A stretch of DNA of 63,972 bases, counting the filler, from Diploschistes diacapsis (taxonomy: Eukaryota), in the NCBI GenBank assembly GCA_023645945.1. It is 5 parts of 5 records of this genome, joined end to end, with 100 filler letters (N's around TTAATTAATTAA, not from the genome) between each part and the next. Parts side by side here need not be neighbours in the genome. Positions count along the whole stretch, not along the records: positions 52,913 to 63,972 come from JALAIB010000861.1; 4 more parts are not named here. The stretch is one strand, 5' to 3'. The translations under genes and the position numbers were made by a program. Below the pieces are notes generated by a model that did no database searches, was not told the origin of the DNA, and saw nothing but the letters and a program-made list of their open reading frames with translations. Shown here in pieces: positions 61,687 through 63,972 of the stretch (position 1 is the stretch's first letter; every line of letters begins with the position of its first letter).

Positions 61687-63090
61687 TCACGAAGCCCTTC
61701 GGCCCGGCCACTTAATTTCTATCGGTACACTGCCCCTATGAGGGCTGGCCGCAATATCAGCTCCCATGCTTTCCTCCTTCTCCCTAGTATATTCTCGCGA
61801 GCTGCTAGTTGCATCCGAATCATCCTCTTTGTAATCAAGTACATCGTTCCCATTGCCTTCAGGCTCATCCAGATCAAACATAGGATTGCTCTCCTCCATC
61901 TGCAGATCCTGCTTATCCGCCTCGTCTGGGGGTGTGATGACGGTAGGCTCGACAAGGTCCTTGTATGATCTTGACGGTCGTGTCGGGGAGCTTATCGACG
62001 GTGGGGCAACAGCCTTGGCGCCAGTCATGGAGATACTCGAAGGCAGCGCGGTCTGTTTCATGGCTGCAGACGCGCTGATTCCTGGGAAGGGGAAGTCCGT
62101 GAGCCCGGACAACGGGATGGTCGGCGTTCTTTGACTTTTCTTATCAACGGCGCCAATTCTTCGAGTCGCCGCTGGGCTTGTACTGGGGCTCATCACTTTA
62201 TCGTCTATAGAAAATAGGACGTGTTTGCGCTCCTTGGCCACATGGTCCGGGCTGCGCAACGAGCTTCGAAGTGTCCGGCCTGTACCGGTTGGCGATGAAG
62301 AGGAGCGTCGTCCAGAAAATCCCAGTCTCGGATGGCTACTACTGATGGAACCCGCACTTGACCTCTGGCTTGATAACGATGGAAGAGTCGTGAGAGAGGA
62401 AGAGAATTGTGGAGCGTCTGAATCCAGTCTGCCTTGGCTCAATCGTTGATACGATTCCGAAGGTGATCCATGGGTCAAGCTGTTTCGGTCTTGGAGTTGT
62501 TCAAGGTGTGACTGGTCCTCCGACAAGGGAAGGAAAGTAGGTGTGAAGAGAGCTCGGAGTTCAAGCTCACGATCTTCTTTGCTGATTGGATATTGGTCAC
62601 CGTTGACTTCCATGAGTGAGTCTTGGTGTTGTCTCTCGGCTCGGTCGTGTCTCGACTTGCGGCTCCCTTGTTCGGCATTCCTCTTCTCATACTTCTTCTC
62701 TATTGCTCTACTCCCAGGTTCTTCCTGGTTCCTCCACTTAACGTCCCCGAATGCTTCTTGACTCCGTAGGTTCTCCTTGCCCTCGTTCTTCGTATTCTCT
62801 GCTAGACTTGGCCCGCTTGAAAGAGATATTTCGGCCAAGTGCGACTTCGTTACGCCGTTCATGCGCTCTTTTACCACTGACTCTTGATCATCGGAACTAT
62901 CGGATCGCGTCTTCAGCTCTTCCTCGAATCTTCGGAACTCCTCCTCTTTGTGCTGCTTGAACTGCTCAACCTCCCTCTCCAAAGCCAAGCGCTTCTGAGT
63001 CAAGACGTCGGCCATCTCCTCCTTTGACATTCTCCTCTGCCATGTCTGCCTCATCGGCGTCCTGCTGGTTGCTTTGGTGCACGGCGCCAT
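61687..63090 (-). CDS. Hypothetical protein (467 aa) with N-terminal coiled coil and Ser-rich disordered region
   Basis: Long intronless ATG ORF with motif-like islands ELELRALFTPTFLPL, KHVLFSIDDKVMSPSTSP and SPHRGSVPIEIKWP. Confidence 0.8.
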   Translation of the reverse strand: MAPCTKATSRTPMRQTWQRRMSKEEMADVLTQKRLALEREVEQFKQHKEEEFRRFEEELKTRSDSSDDQESVVKERMNGVTKSHLAEISLSSGPSLAENTKNEGKENLRSQEAFGDVKWRNQEEPGSRAIEKKYEKRNAEQGSRKSRHDRAERQHQDSLMEVNGDQYPISKEDRELELRALFTPTFLPLSEDQSHLEQLQDRNSLTHGSPSESYQRLSQGRLDSDAPQFSSSLTTLPSLSSQRSSAGSISSSHPRLGFSGRRSSSSPTGTGRTLRSSLRSPDHVAKERKHVLFSIDDKVMSPSTSPAATRRIGAVDKKSQRTPTIPLSGLTDFPFPGISASAAMKQTALPSSISMTGAKAVAPPSISSPTRPSRSYKDLVEPTVITPPDEADKQDLQMEESNPMFDLDEPEGNGNDVLDYKEDDSDATSSSREYTREKEESMGADIAASPHRGSVPIEIKWPGRRAS

Positions 63091-63972
63091 TGTGGATAAT
63101 TTGCAAGGCTGAGATCAGAAGTGAGATGTCCCACGTCCGATGCGCGCTCTGCTGAAAGGTGAGGCCAATTTCCAAGTGAATCATGAGCTGACTCAAGTAA
63201 CAGCCTTTTCCTTCGTCCGATAGCTCTGGCAGTCAATAGCGCACATGGTCGTCCGGGCTGAAACGGTAATGGTAGTTAACATCGTTCGCGCTCGTCCTAG
63301 TATGATTTCATTGTCCAAGCCCCTCTACGAATGACTTTCACCTCCTGCAGGAATATTTGGAAGAAGAATATGAAATGCCGATCGCATCAAAGGTTGCAAT
63401 CCAGACTAGAGCCCACAATCTCAGATACGTGATTGAGAAGAAGAACCTGGGAAGTAGCACAAACGCACAAACCTCTCCCAAGATAAAGAGACCACTAAAA
63501 AATCACAACAACTGCCTCACTCACATCGAGTTGCAGAAACGGATTTCAAACAAAGGCCACTACCACCACCACCACCATCCACCAGCAGCAGAAGGAAAAC
63601 TAGAAGATCCCTTGGGTTGCGCATGCCTGGAAGGGGGCCCATTCCAGTCCAGGCCTCGTTCACCGACTAAACAACCCTTCAGACTTCAACCCACCCCTCA
63701 AGCACAAACCACAGGAAAACAAAACCGTCTCCGCTGCCAATAAACAGACCCTTTTCTTTTGCCGATCCCTAGAACCTTCTAACTAGGTACGAGGAACGCA
63801 CTTCCGCACATAGATAAGGTAGCTTTTTAGTACGGAGTTCTTATTACTGAGCCCTTTTATTTGATTTTTCCCCCACTCCGTTTTGGCGTGCAAAAAATTG
63901 CCCTTCTTCATCATTCCATATTCCATCCCCACCCAACGCGGGGCATAGATGGGGGTCCTCTCGCCCCCCCAC

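Noticed and set aside
63357..63743. 128-aa ORF with a His run
   Set aside because: Non-ATG start, A/C-skewed low-complexity sequence near the window end, no motifs.

Overview
Eukaryotic DNA from a filamentous ascomycete (Pezizomycotina), judged from short GT-AG introns with CTRAC/CTAAT branch points and fungal gene families. The window is not one locus. It is five contigs of ~13.1 kb joined by artificial 100-nt N44-TTAATTAATTAA-N44 linkers (13147-13246, 26390-26489, 39608-39707, 52813-52912), so neighbourhood across linkers means nothing. Contig 1: ASH1-like SET methyltransferase, ERF2 DHHC palmitoyltransferase, a small mitochondrial membrane protein, PMT1, PRP21. Contig 2: atfA/ATF1, a Tc1/mariner-type MITE, a processive GT2 of unknown product, a BolA with an apparent dual start. 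Contig 3: a ~1,600-aa disordered protein, a DHA1 MFS transporter, OTU2, a degenerate ~130-bp tandem array, the 3' part of a thiol/halide methyltransferase. Contig 4 is a decaying accessory region with TE relics, hairpin repeats, three pseudogenes, an orphan ORF and a DUF1275 gene. Contig 5: a fungal MHYT-domain protein with a GC-AG intron, SOK1/TCP11 and a hypothetical protein. I found no rRNA, tRNA or CRISPR array and no coherent multi-gene novel system. The best leads are single uncharacterised proteins (MHYT, GT2, giant disordered protein) and the repeat/TE structures. Family calls come from motif recognition by eye; no searches were run.
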